Shown here piece by piece: positions 1 through 11,639 of a DNA stretch of 64,000 bases. This DNA comes from Octopus bimaculoides (taxonomy: Eukaryota). Below the pieces are notes generated by a model, which saw nothing but the letters and a program-made list of their open reading frames with translations, was not told the origin of the DNA and did no database searches. The stretch is taken from positions 33,545,741 to 33,609,740 of the forward strand of contig NC_068985.1 in NCBI RefSeq assembly GCF_001194135.2, read 5' to 3'. Every line of letters starts with the position of its first letter. The first letter of the stretch is position 1. A program made the translations under genes and the position numbers.

Positions 1-295
1 CCAGATTCCTGTTTGATTTGGCATGGTTTTTACAGCTGGTTGCCCTTCCTAACACCAACCTCTTTACAGAATGTGTTGGGTGCTTTTATGTGGCACCACA
101 TGAGGGCTTTTATGTGACACCAGTATAGGACTCTTGCAGGCAAATTTTTTAACTAGGGGTACCAGCCTTAGCTCTTCTGCTGTGGAGTACAGGTCTTTTT
201 GAGTACAGCAAGGCACCTGGCATCTTGGTCCTTTGTCATCTTGCCCAAAAGGTTCAGCATCCTGAAGTCATCCTTCAGTATGTTGTCCATTTCTT
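1..295 (-). mobile_element. RTE-clade LINE 3' end remnant
   Basis: Minus 181-295 reads MDNILKDDFRMLNLLGKMTKDQDARCLAVLKKT, homologous to the end of the RTE ORF at 14.8 kb. It is followed by the same 3'UTR motifs (AAAAGCACC, AGGAAGGGCAACCAGCTGTA). Confidence 0.75.
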
Positions 296-550
296 AAAAT
301 TTTACTTGCATTTTGGTAATTTACTATAAAAGGAAATTTAACACATGCACACACACTCACACACATGCACACGCACACATATCTGCACAATAAATGGCTA
401 AGTTGTGCATTAAGCATCTGCCCTCTATGAACCTTTTTAATATATTTAGAAAATAGTTTTGCTGGATTCTATGTTTTAAACATTGAAGATTACACCTGTG
501 TGCAAAATAAAAAGAAATTCACAAGCTCAGTTTTCTTTGAAGTATGTCCC

Positions 551-660
551 CCTCTCCCTGTAACTAATCCTAAGCTCTATACCCTAACCATAAACTCTAC
601 ACTTAAAACCCAGCCCTAACTCTAAAGCCTAACTGTAACATTTTCCTTTCATGACAATAA
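551..660. repeat. Degenerate (CCCTAA)-like 6-mer periodic tract
   Basis: accctaacca, gccctaactc, gcctaactgtaac: roughly 6-nt periodic TAAC/CCTAA units, highly degenerate. Confidence 0.4.
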
Positions 661-1355
661 TTTACTATGTTTAATATGTCTAATTCACAAGGAAACAAAT
701 TGGAAAAATATGTCAAAAATGGAAAGCTGCTGCTGGTTGTGTACTCTGAGATAGAGATTGTGGACCAGTAAAAAGTTCTTTTTTAATTGTATCTTTAAAA
801 CTCTTTTTTTTTCCTTAAATCTTAAAGAAACTCTCCCTCCCCTCGAATAGAAAATAAAACAGTTAGGCAGATGGGGTTTCATATTACATACTTATTTAAT
901 ACATATATAATCTATTTGAAATATTTTTTTAATATGGACACAAACAAATGTGATAAAAGAATCAGTTTGTAATCATCTGGATTTGGATTAATTTTGCTCA
1001 ACAAGATCATTAAAAGCAATTAATCAAAATTCCAGCTCTAAATTATTGAAAATAAGACCTTTTTAGCATTTCATGTTCAGGGCCTGATGAAAGGGAAAGT
1101 ATTTACTTTGTCAAAGCCAGTGACCAAAAAATGAAAGTGTTTTCCTTCAAAATGAAACTGTTAAATAACAGTTAAGTGCCATTTCAATGATGTACAAAGG
1201 CTCCACATGATATTTTAATTAAATTCTTAATGTGAGCCATGCATGGCTATTATCTATTGAGCTGTATCAAAATGTTAATAGATGAGATTACAATGTTTAA
1301 CAGCAAATATACAAAATGCACTTTTCTGCAAAATTATGGCCTCCTTAATTGCATT

Positions 1356-1422
1356 TCAATTTGTCCTGGTTGCAGTTATGAAGTAAAGTTTCATGAAAAC
1401 CTGCATCATGTGAGATGGATAC
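1356..1422 (-). CDS. Candidate terminal exon (YPSHMMQVFMKLYFITATRTN*), unknown gene
   Basis: Acceptor ctcttttggcatactctctcag. Phase-2 entry is compatible with the 1869-1937 candidate. No homology recognised. Confidence 0.15.
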
Positions 1423-1868
1423 CTGAGAGAGTATGCCAAAAGAGTTGTTGCAAGAAATTGTCATTATGAACACATTTTTCTCAAGAAAACTGCTTTGTGA
1501 AATTCATCAAGCTTATATATTAGTGCATGACATAGTAACCATTAAAATAATAGGTCATGAAACCACTTTCATCCTCATCATCAAAATTACTTTCACTTTT
1601 TGACCTAGAAACTCATAGTTTTGATGAAGTAAATGCTCTATCTTTCCAAGGGCTTTGGAAAATAAGGAAGCACTGACACTTGTTAAAAAAAAAAACTGTG
1701 ATTATAACAAGTAAACAAAAACATAGTTATTTATATGAAAGGTTTTAGAAGAGCAGAAATAAAAACTAAAATATATCTATCTCTATTTCGGTGTGTGATG
1801 TGTTTTTTCTGAAATACAGAAAGTAAATTAAGATGATGTAATTTTTCTCTTTCTTTATTGATAATTAC

Positions 1869-1937
1869 GGGCACTTGTTGGTGAGCAAGTGAGTGTTTGT
1901 GTTGATGTCATTCATGTATATCTTCATTTCATGAAGG
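1869..1937 (-). CDS. Candidate internal exon (LHEMKIYMNDINTNTHLLTNKCP), unknown gene
   Basis: Acceptor tagttttcag, donor CC|gtaatt, 69 nt, phase 2-2. No homology recognised. Confidence 0.25.
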
Positions 1938-2706
1938 CTGAAAACTATTTTTCTCTCTTGACATAATAAGTATTAAGTAACTTCCAGTACTTTGAAAAAG
2001 TACCTTAAATAACTTCTAGCACATTTCTGGGTCTAGGAACCCTTTGTTTTGAAGGTCCTGGAACACAAAAATATTGTGGAACTTAAAAGCAAATTGGCAT
2101 ATGTATAAAAGTACATTATCAAAACATGTTGTGACCACAATGTACAGTTTTCTCTAATATTACAGTACACACAAACAGTCAAGCAAATGTTGAATTTTAA
2201 TATCATGAAGATACAGCCATACTGACTATTTTTTTAAATCACAGTCATACAATATTAGTTTTCTCAAAGTATTAAGAAGCTGTTGGAACTGACCTAAGTT
2301 TTTGAAGTGATGAATTTTAACTTTTCTGGTATTTAGACAACAGAAACCATTAAATCTAAGTATCAGTCCTACTGCCTTTGTGTTGTTAACTTAAATCCTT
2401 TGAGATTAAATATACATTTCAGAAATCCTCTGAAACTGATCTCTGGAAAGTAACGTTGGAATGTAATGATAATCCTATACAGATAAAAGATAAAACCAAC
2501 AGAAAATAACAGAAGGCTTATAAGTTATATTTTTAAATAGACTTTATTGGTGTGACATAGAATCCTACACCTGAAAAAGCAGTATTTTGCAATTGCTATG
2601 AATGCACTGACTCAAATTAGATCTCGTATCTTAACTATCAATGACCAGTCAAAGCATATTGATCTATACAAAAGAAAAATAATGTCAATAATATATTACT
2701 GCAAAT

Positions 2707-2925
2707 GAAGCTGCGATCTGGCAGAATTGTTAGCACACTAGGTAAAATGCTTAGTGGCATTTTGTCTGTCTTTACATTCTGAGTTCAAATTCTAACAAGG
2801 TTCACCCTGCCTTTCATCCCTTTTGGGGTAGATAAAATAAGTATCTGTTGAGCATGGAATTGATGTAATCAACTTACATCTTCCCCCAGAATTGCTGGCC
2901 TTGTACCAAAATTTGAAACCAATAA
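2707..2925 (+). mobile_element. tRNA-derived SINE family B
   Basis: Head tctggcagaattgttagcac, B-box-like gagttcaaattc, central ctttcatccctttggggtagataaaataagta. Same family as 7148 and 59080. Confidence 0.8.
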
Positions 2926-3879
2926 TATTTTATTGCAGATAAAAAATGTAGTTTAATGTTTCAGTCATATTTATTCAAAAGTGTGAACAAACATACAAAA
3001 GTGTGAAATTCTCTTAAGAAAATGACACCATGAGAAAGTAAATTAAAAATATATGTCTCTAAGTTTACACTTTATATATTTAAAGGAATATATAAGTCAG
3101 TGCTAACATAATTGATATGATGAGTCAAAACATTTTAAATATTTAAAAGTAGACTAGTCAATAGAAAAAAAAAATCCCATTAGCTAGATGGCTAATTCTG
3201 GTCAAAAAGACAAGGGAGACAATCTCAAAACTTAAATCAATTAAAAAAATCATAATGTGGGTATGCAGAAGTAAGCGTGGTCTTTGATGGTATGGTGACA
3301 ACTCTCCTCAGTGAAACTACTCTTACCAGTACTTATAGGCCTAAAATGATTAAGGCCATCGTCATCATCATTATCATTTAACATCCATGTTTTATGCCAG
3401 AATGGGTTGAAGTGAGATATTTAGAGTGTTTGTGAATGAACAATAATATGTATGAAAACTTAAATTAATAACAGAGGAGGTGGGTACCCAGGGATACTTT
3501 TATTGCATGAAAAATAACTTAGTTAGTGTCAACATACTTAACATCATGTGCCGAGAAAATTTCAATTATCAAAATTACACTCTAAGTGAGAAAATAACAA
3601 CACATTAGTTTAATGATTAATTTTGCTCCAGAAAAAGAAGGGTATTAGTTATAAATTTAAATGATTTAAAAGTGTAATGTGGGCATTTAGTAGAAAGTGA
3701 ATCACATCTAATATACTTACTGTATTGAACCAAGACTCTTTACGTAGCAAAGTGTATTATAATGAACGTGGAATTTAGTGAAATCTGTATCTTAAAGAGT
3801 ATTTTTCTTGCTGAGGTCTCTTGTCATTTTCTTAGTACCTAGCCAGCAGCGACTGTTGTACAGATATATCTTGAACATA

Positions 3880-3910
3880 CTTCCTGTTATTCAGCTGACG
3901 TCTAGACGTC
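3880..3910. promoter_or_regulatory. ETS + E-box + CRE-like motif cluster with 14-bp palindrome
   Basis: ACTTCCTG (about 3880), CAGCTG 3892-3897, TGACGTC 3896-3902 and perfect palindrome GACGTCTAGACGTC 3897-3910, in CpG-poor surroundings. Confidence 0.25.
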
Positions 3911-4347
3911 TGTTGCATTGTGATATTATTATTTATTTATTTTTGTAGTATTTCATTTTTTTATGTAGGTGTTGTGTTAATAAAAAGAAGAGTAATTATA
4001 ATTATTGGAGCAAGGAAATGTCAATTGTATCTGTTAAACTGTTTCTTCCCTTGTGCTCTTACCCCACCTCTCTCATAACTATTTCATTTTACTTTAAACC
4101 ATTTTACCTTAAACATTTCAACTGCGGTGCATAAAATAAATATTTCAAATCCCATTGCTTTCTTTGCATATTGTAAAGTTATCAGCTTTGTAAATGAGAT
4201 GTATCTATGATATCGTTTTACATTATACAACACTGGGATTGGAAGTCTTAACACCCCTATCACCTTTCAAACAAATAAAAGATTTTTCAAGTCAAGGCTT
4301 CATACCAAAAACCTGGGGGTTTTTTCATACAGTTAAACGTCTACAAA

Positions 4348-4349
<2 letters not shown>

Positions 4350-4383
<34 letters not shown>
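4350..4383. repeat. (AT)n microsatellite
   Basis: Direct reading. Confidence 0.95.
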
Positions 4384-4387
<4 letters not shown>

Positions 4388-4439
4388 TCCTACATCAGAA
4401 TACTACTTACATATGAGATGGTACAGTCATCATACATAT

Positions 4440-4620
4440 ACATACTTTGGTTTGCTTGATAAATATGTCTTCATTCATAAACGCTCTGCAACATTCAACC
4501 CTGTCATCAAGTTGTACACATCTCATTCAGTCTCATCTCTTGTTAATGCAACAGTCTCTTTTCCTGTGACCTGCATTTTTTGACTGCTTAGATCCTTTGT
4601 TAACATACACCAGTGAAAGA
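4440..4620 (-). mobile_element. Old RTE LINE remnant
   Basis: Minus gatctaagcagtc...gaaaagagactg resembles the DLRSIRCGVQERRL region of the RTE copy at 14.66 kb. Confidence 0.4.
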
Positions 4621-4689
4621 TATACTCGTACACAATTGTGTATCTATCTATCTATCTATCTATCCACACAAACACACACTCACTAGAAC

Positions 4690-4830
4690 TGTCTATTATT
4701 AAATTTCACTCACAAAGTACTATTCAACCTACAGCTATGGTAGAAGACAGTTGCCAGATGTGCTATGTGGTGGGATTGAACCTCAAATACATAGTAATGA
4801 ACCAAATTTCTTGACTTCATCACCATATTT
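4690..4830 (-). mobile_element. tRNA-derived SINE family A (degenerate)
   Basis: aaatttcactcacaaag...gtagaagacagttgcc...gggattgaacc matches the reverse of the family A consensus at 15455. Confidence 0.7.
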
Positions 4831-5609
4831 TAATGTTATTTTGGGTTATCATATATTCATTTTTTTAAAATTTCATTATATGCTTTCAACTAGATAAATA
4901 GGATGTGTGTGTGTGTGTGTGTGTATGTGTGTTTGTATATATTTTCTTCCTAGTACTAGTTAAATTTCTTCTAATATCTGAATTTGGAAAATTGAAAAAT
5001 AAATATTATGTCATGTTAAAGATACATTTGAATTTACTTGCAAGTCTCAGAATGACATTGTTGAATCTCTAAATATAAACTGTTAATAGTGAATCTTGTA
5101 AAAAGTGGTTGGTTCCTGTCTAACAGCCATTACCAATAGAGTCAATAAGAATACAGAAATAAATTTTTCTAGGTCAGAAATAAACTTTAAGGGTAGTATC
5201 TATACAAGAAATATATATATATATGTATAAACAAACTGCATACTCATAAAAATAGCACTTGTTTATCTTGAGCCCATTAACAAGTATATAACTACTATGT
5301 AACTGTTTTTTATGTTTTTGCTTGTGCTTTGAATTTTTCTCTTAGCTTTTAGCATATTACATAAAATGGTAACAGCTGAGCTCATTTTCATGAAATATTT
5401 TGACAAGATTTTGTCAACATTTTTTTAGTTTTTATAGTCAATTGATAACAAAGCAATCAACTATGCCAACAATTTCATATTAGACTCAACGGTTTTTCTC
5501 TCTCTTCCTCTTATTGTGATAGTTTCTTGTGACAAAATGAATTAACATCATACTGCTAACACCTATCATGTTGTTAACAATAGCTATATATTTTCCCTTC
5601 AGTGATCAG

Positions 5610-5860
5610 CTATATTGTATCCATCCTGGGACACAATACATCCTGGACCCCAACACTGTTACTAATTCTAATCCTTTCCCTCCAGAATGTTAGCCATTCT
5701 GAAATTCCCTCCCTGCTCTTGTCTTTCCCCGTATGTGTTAATGTACAACAGTCTTGGACTTTTAATAGCATCAGTCTCATCAATCTTGAAGGATTTGCAA
5801 AGTCTATAGGCACTTCCTTTTTCTCTTGATCCAACGCAGCAAGTGAAAAGAAAGTATAAA
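5610..5860 (-). mobile_element. Degenerate LINE RT fragment (CR1/Jockey-like)
   Basis: IDFA(K)..LMLLKVQDC..GISEWLTFWRER resembles the RT segment LDFAKAFD..LLLKL..YGI.G....WI..FL; frameshifted. Confidence 0.4.
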
Positions 5861-6047
5861 CAGATGATATGATAGTATACTGAAACAGTAGGTTCTTTAT
5901 TGGTACTTTCATTAATTTTCTAATTTCAAATCCTACTAAAAGCATCTCTGCCAGTCATATTTCATAGATTAATGAAATAAACACCTATCTTAAATTTTGA
6001 ACTTTTCTCAATCAAAAATTTGGTCTTTTAAATAAAATAAAACTATA

Positions 6048-6345
6048 GCACCTTGGGCAAGTATCTTCTGTATCATTGGACTGACTAAAGCCTTGTGATT
6101 GGATTTGAAAGACAGAAACTAAAAGAAGCTTGTTGTGTATGTGTGTGTTTATACCTACTTGTCTTGGCATTACATAAGAGTTACTGTCATATAAGCAATG
6201 TCATTCATTTTCAATTTTTCATGAAAATATATCTGACCATTCATTATCTTACTTGGAAACAAGTAAGGGTTGACTACAAGAAGGACATCTGGCCATAGAA
6301 AAACCTACCTAATGAATTCCTCCTAACTGCAAGCATTGAAAAGTG
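6048..6345 (+). mobile_element. SINE family A fragment plus RTE-type 3' tail
   Basis: gcaccttgggcaagtatcttct...gaaactaaaagaagc, then aagaaggacatctggcc...gaaaagtggatgttaaa followed by (GAT)n. Confidence 0.65.
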
Positions 6346-6420
6346 GATGTTAAAACAATAATAATGATGACGATGATGATTATATTTGAGAATTATCTAT
6401 CATATATGGAAAGGTCATTG

Positions 6421-7125
6421 ACAACCACATTGCCAAAGCCAATATCCCTTTTGTGTCTGTATAAGCATGTATGAGTGAACCATGCAGTGCATCTATCCAC
6501 CAGAATCAAAGTTTATGAGGCAGCTGTCATCACCACTCTTTTCTATGAGTCAGAAGCTTGAATGTTGTACAGGAAGCAAGTGAAGCTGCTGGAATGCTTC
6601 AACTTGAGATGCCTTTGCTCTACCATGGACATTTCACGGAAGGAGTACATTGCCAATAATGATGTCCTCCAGCAGGCCAACATCTCACTTATTGAAACCA
6701 TGCTGCTGTCCATCTAGCTCAAATGGACCGGCCACATCTTATGCATAGACAATCCAGAATGCTAAAGGCCATATTTTGCAGCAAACTCAACCAGGGCAAA
6801 AGAGACAGAAGCAGTCCCTGGAAGCATTTCAAAGATCAGATGAATTGCCAGCTCATCTAGGCAGGAAGAGACCCAACAGGGTGGAAGAGGGTCACAGCAC
6901 AGAGGGTGGTGTGGTGAAATTGCACTCAGATTGTTGCAAGCAATTTTGAGAAGGCCAGAACAACTGCAATGGATAGGAAACACCAGAGAGGGAAAGAGTC
7001 ATTGTCATGACCCTCACCTGCATATTTGTCCCAGGTCCTGTCAATCAAGGATTGCTTTACAGAACCACTTGAGGGCTTGCCACTCTTCCTCATGATCTTT
7101 AAGAATGAGGAACTGCCTCTATATC
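6421..7125 (+). mobile_element. RTE (BovB-like) LINE 3' fragment with terminal C2H2-like finger
   Basis: KVYEAAVITTLFYESEA, QLKWTGHI, LKAIFCSKLNQGKRDRSSPWKHFKD, and terminal HICPRSCQSRIALQNHLRACH. Stops and frameshifts present. Confidence 0.8.
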
Positions 7126-7147
7126 ATCAGCTAATATATGTAAATAT

Positions 7148-7372
7148 TAGGGCGGTGTGCTGGCAGAATCATTAGCATGCTGGGCAAAATACTTAGCAGT
7201 TTTTTGTCTGCAGTTATGTTCTGAGTTCAGATTCCACCGAGGTTGACTTTGCCTTTCATCCTTTCGGGGGTCCATTAAATAAGTACCAGTAACACACTAG
7301 GGTTGATGTAATCGACTTACTCCCTTTGTTTGTCCTCTCTATGTTTAGCCTCTTGTGGGCAATAAAGAAATA
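7148..7372 (+). mobile_element. tRNA-derived SINE family B
   Basis: ggcggtgtgctggcagaatcattagc...gagttcagattcc...gcctttcatcctttcggggg...aagtaccag. Confidence 0.85.
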
Positions 7373-8285
7373 AATATATGTAAATATTGTCTCTTTACAT
7401 TAACACAATGCTATGGGTGTATATGGGAGGATTTTAATCAATTGAATCAACTCCATTGGTCGATAGTTATTTAACTGACCCAGAGATGGTGACAGTGACA
7501 TCAGGATTTTAAATGGCATGGCAGAGGGGTGAAATTGTATCATATAAAGCATTTTATTCAGCATAATATAATTATTATAATATTGCATATTTATTATGAT
7601 CCAAATATTAGTAAGTCATGTGACTGATTTTACATAATTTAGTATTTACTCTAGTTTTGTATTATTTGTACTATTCCACTACTTTTATTTCTATATGAAT
7701 ATTAAAATTTACCTTCCAATATTTTGAATATTGATTTGTCTTTAGAAAATCTGTATAAAGATATGATTTTATTTTTAAAACACATTCTGAAAAAAAAAAA
7801 GGAAAAAAACTTTTAAATAGCTTCAAAACATTTTTTCAAATGCTACAAAGAATTGATATTGAAAAGTAAGTAAATTTTTGTTGATGCAAAAACGTTTCTT
7901 TTTCAAATTTATTTCAGTATTTACTTTCATTAATTTGATCAATACTTCTTTTTTTTTTTGTCTCTTATTGTTATTTTAATCTTTATGTGCATATAACACT
8001 TGGTTTTAGTCACAATGTCCTCAGGTTCATTCTGATACCAAAATTGTGGGCCTATAGTCCAGCCCAATCTTATAAGGATTAATGGCAAAAATAAACAAAT
8101 AACTGTCAATTCATTAGTTTTACTTCTTTCAATTATTTCTTACTTTGACATTTCATAACTCCAGAAAAATATTTAATTAAACTACTACATTGTCTGAAGA
8201 TAGAAAATCAAATTATTTTTATTGTAGTTTTACATTCTTTGTAGGAGTTCAGCTGCCTGAGTCAAGAATTTGTCAAATTTCTTAC

Positions 8286-8381
8286 TATCAAATCAGCAGT
8301 AACTGTTTTATCACAAGCATTATTCCAGGGGTTGGCAGTAGGAAGGCCATTGGGGTGTTCTCTGTGGGCCTTAAACTTTTC
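8286..8381 (-). CDS. Candidate exon (EKFKAHREHPNGLPTANPWNNACDKTVTADLI)
   Basis: Acceptor aatttttag, donor ATA|gtaaga, 96 nt, only phase 0 open. Caveat: it contains GGTTGGCAGTAGGAAGGCCAT, similar to the RTE 3'UTR motif, so it may be a repeat remnant. Confidence 0.25.
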
Positions 8382-9625
8382 CTAAAAATTTTCAAATTTA
8401 ATGTATTTGTGGACTGTTGATCAGCTGATGGTTTTTAAATAATCTTCATAAACATTACCAAACTTACATAAACATTACCAATGAATGTGTTGGGCAGGGT
8501 GGATATGTAAAAATATTTTATATGTAAAATATTATATAATGTATATGTGGACTATGGGCAAGGGTAAAAAATTTGAAAATGGGCTTTTACAAAAAGAACT
8601 TGCTAATTTCTACATTGTGTGCCTTACAGATTACATCTATTTCAAAATAAGACTCTCTTTATAGCTGTAAGATAGAGTTCACTACTCTCAACAATAAGAG
8701 ATATGTCTAAGTGACAATTGTTTCATAACTGATTGTACTAGATTCCCTGATCAAACAAAGTAAAGGAAATAAGAAACTGTTCCACTAATATTCTCTTAAA
8801 TTATTGAGAGAAGATGAAGTCTTATATGATCAAATGTATTATGGAGTGAGTAGCAAATGAAAAAATTTAGTTCAAACTTTTCTTATGAGTAAACTATTGG
8901 CACATATTTACTCATCTCATACCACCATGCACACATCATTGTAGTTTTATAAACATTATTAACATATCAGTATAGTATTAGTCACAGTCTAGTAAGATTG
9001 CTCTGAATGTTGCTATCATTGTTTTTATCTCCATCACCATTAGAATAATTCATTTTTTTTTAAAGTAATATTTGCCTCTCTTCTTTCCTTCTGAGACAGC
9101 AAATATCTATTGCTTTGTTTTATCAATAACTGCTTTATTGATAAAAAAGATTGATTTATCATAGTGTGTCTGTTTTGCTTTATTTCAATAAATGCTATTA
9201 TGACATCCAGATTCTTCTGATCTCTTTTGTATATACGCTCTTGAATTTAGATAGCTTCTATGAAGAACCTTAGGGAAGACATGCACAAAGTAGTTTTGCT
9301 TTGTTTACAAGGATATGTTTGTATATGTTGTAATAACTCTTAAACATCAACAACTTTGGAAGGGTATGCACTGAGCTCTGATTTCATGGCTTGAACCATA
9401 AGAGATATATATTTGCTCCTGGATGGGACTCCAGTCTATTAGAGTTAATATTCCCAAATGATCTGGTGCCTATTCCTGATAGCTTGGTGAACTGAGGGAA
9501 TGTGGAATAAAGTATTTTTTCCTTCCAGAACATATAACATATTTTGAACTTTCAATGCATAAGCAAGTTGCCCAATACTTTAACTCTATGACCACCCTAC
9601 TTTTGTGGGCGTATTCCAAGAATGT

Positions 9626-9674
9626 TCATCATTTATCCCCCTCTATTTTTAAAATAGAGGGGGATAAATGATGA
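9626..9674. repeat. Perfect inverted repeat, 24-bp arms, 1-nt spacer
   Basis: tcatcatttatccccctctatttt (9626-9649), t, aaaatagagggggataaatgatga (9651-9674): exact reverse complements. Confidence 0.95.
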
Positions 9675-10003
9675 GGCTCACTCATCAAGATTTATGCTGA
9701 ATCACTTAGTCACATCATCAAGTGTTGTAATGACAATTGTTAGGAATATGAAGTCATTATCCATGTATAGGATTCATTCTTTATTTGTAAATTTCTTGTT
9801 TTTCATTTGTCTTGGAAGTAACATTTCCAGCTGGATATGTTTCCTATTGTGTGCCATGTGTAGATGAGATATAGAGAGAGGAGAAAGAAAGCTAGAAAAA
9901 GGGAGAGAGGGAGAGAGAGAGTTCATCTTAGAGTCAAAATAAGAAATCCTATTTTGAATTCCAAACTATTGCTACACCATCTTATATAGACTACTTGCTC
10001 CAG

Positions 10004-10264
10004 CAATATGTAAAGGTACAAATTTTCTGAAACCAAATTTTCTTAAGACAAAGACAACTAGGATAGAGTTTGGTCTTGGAGCTCAGTGCTATACAAAGGC
10101 TGTATACAAACCTATCCAAATCAGTATGCCAGAGGTTAAGTTGTCCAGTGTTGATTCTCGTGCTATTGCCTCAGCACCAGCTTATAGAGTACAAAAGAGA
10201 AAAAGAATTCATTTTTCTAAAGAACTGAATATCTTAGTTGTTGAATATAGTTTCTTTAACAGAG
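10004..10264 (+). CDS. Candidate exon within a 103-codon stop-free frame (9958-10266)
   Basis: Acceptor ctacttgctccag, donor AGAG|gttgaa, 261 nt, phase 1-1. Peptide includes MPEVKLSSVDSRAIASAPAYRVQKRKRIHFSKEL. No homology recognised. Confidence 0.2.
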
Positions 10265-10362
10265 GTTGAATTCTACTTTGTGTTAATATTATCACTGCCA
10301 TTGGTAGGTGTCATTTGGATTTACTTGATAGAAGTTGTGAATAAATAAGACATTTAACATAC

Positions 10363-10409
10363 CTAGATGTAACTATCTCATCTATGGTGTGAGCAAGTTG
10401 GCATAATAA
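10363..10409 (-). CDS. Candidate exon (LLCQLAHTIDEIVTS)
   Basis: Acceptor ctaatattatttcag, donor TAG|gtatgt, 47 nt, only phase 0 open (0-2). Confidence 0.25.
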
Positions 10410-11381
10410 CTGAAATAATATTAGTCAATGGTTAACATAATTTTTGTTTCTTCTTTTTTTTTTTACTTCATTGTTTAATTATATTTAGTTATCTCTTAAT
10501 GCTCTTTGCATTAAATTTGTTAATACCAACTTAACTATTGCTTTTTCCATGGATGGCATCTCTGAGTAATTTATTCTTTAAAATTTCTATTTTTCTGTGC
10601 CAACTAGTGCACATTATTACGTATTTATATAGTGATTCTCTCATCACTACTTCTGAAGGTATAGTGATGACTATGCTTTGTTGATGAGCTCATAATAATA
10701 ATGAAACATGTCCAGAGTCATCTCCTTTGCTGAAATAATTAAAATTATATTAGTCAATGATTATTATAATTTATTTTCCATTTCTACTTTATTATTTGCA
10801 GTTAGCTTTTTAATTTTCCCAGCATTAAATATGTTAACACTAAGTTAACTTATGATTTAAGTCTTTAAAATGGTATCCAATTTTCATAACATTAGGTTGT
10901 TTTGTTGGGGAAGCTTCAGCTACTAAATTGAACAGAGTGAGTCACTTGTGTTAATCCATAGATTTTATAAGCAAAGGCTTACATGAGCTTCAATGAAGTT
11001 CCTGGCTTTAAATTATTGCTTATTCCAATACAGCTGTGTAATTAGTACTTTTATTTTTTTGTCTTTTATTTAGTGTACTGTCATCCTTCAAAGGACTTTC
11101 ATGTGTTAACAGACCATTCTTCACATAAAAAAAAAAACAGTTACAGCCATTGAACTCCCTGAAGCACAGTTCAATGGCTGTAGCAAGGATAAAATTCACG
11201 AATATATATATTCAGTCAATTGGTTTTGGGAGTCATTGAGTCTAAATTTCAAACTTAATTATTGTAATTTACTTATGATTTTTGTATTTTAAAATCAGTT
11301 GCTGATTGTTGTGTGGAAATTTTTGCTTTTTAATTAAATTGTTAATAAAGTTAATAAATTATTAACTACAATTTAATTTAA

Positions 11382-11413
11382 TATTTTTCTTTTTTTTTTT
11401 TTTGCAGGTAAGT
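11382..11413 (+). other. Zero-length-exon / recursive-splice-like site
   Basis: Long poly-T tract then GCAG (AG 11406-11407) abutting GTAAGT (11408-11413); TTAAT/TTAAC branch-like motifs upstream. Confidence 0.4.
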
Positions 11414-11639
11414 TTACAAGATTAATACAAGAACAATAACAAAAAAAAAAAAAAAAAAAAACCAAAATAGCAGAACATTTTATAAGAAATTCTTCTTTGG
11501 TAACTATAATGTTATATAAATAAATTACTCTCTCTATCTGTAAAGTTATCCCAGAAGTATAATTTTTAAGTTAGAGAAAAACTATTGTTTGATGTCATTG
11601 AATGATGAAAATTTAGTGAACCTTAGGTGAAGCTCAGCC

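Noticed and set aside
685-800. Short C-terminal-like peptides on both strands
   Set aside because: Weak AAG acceptors, mutually overlapping, no homology.
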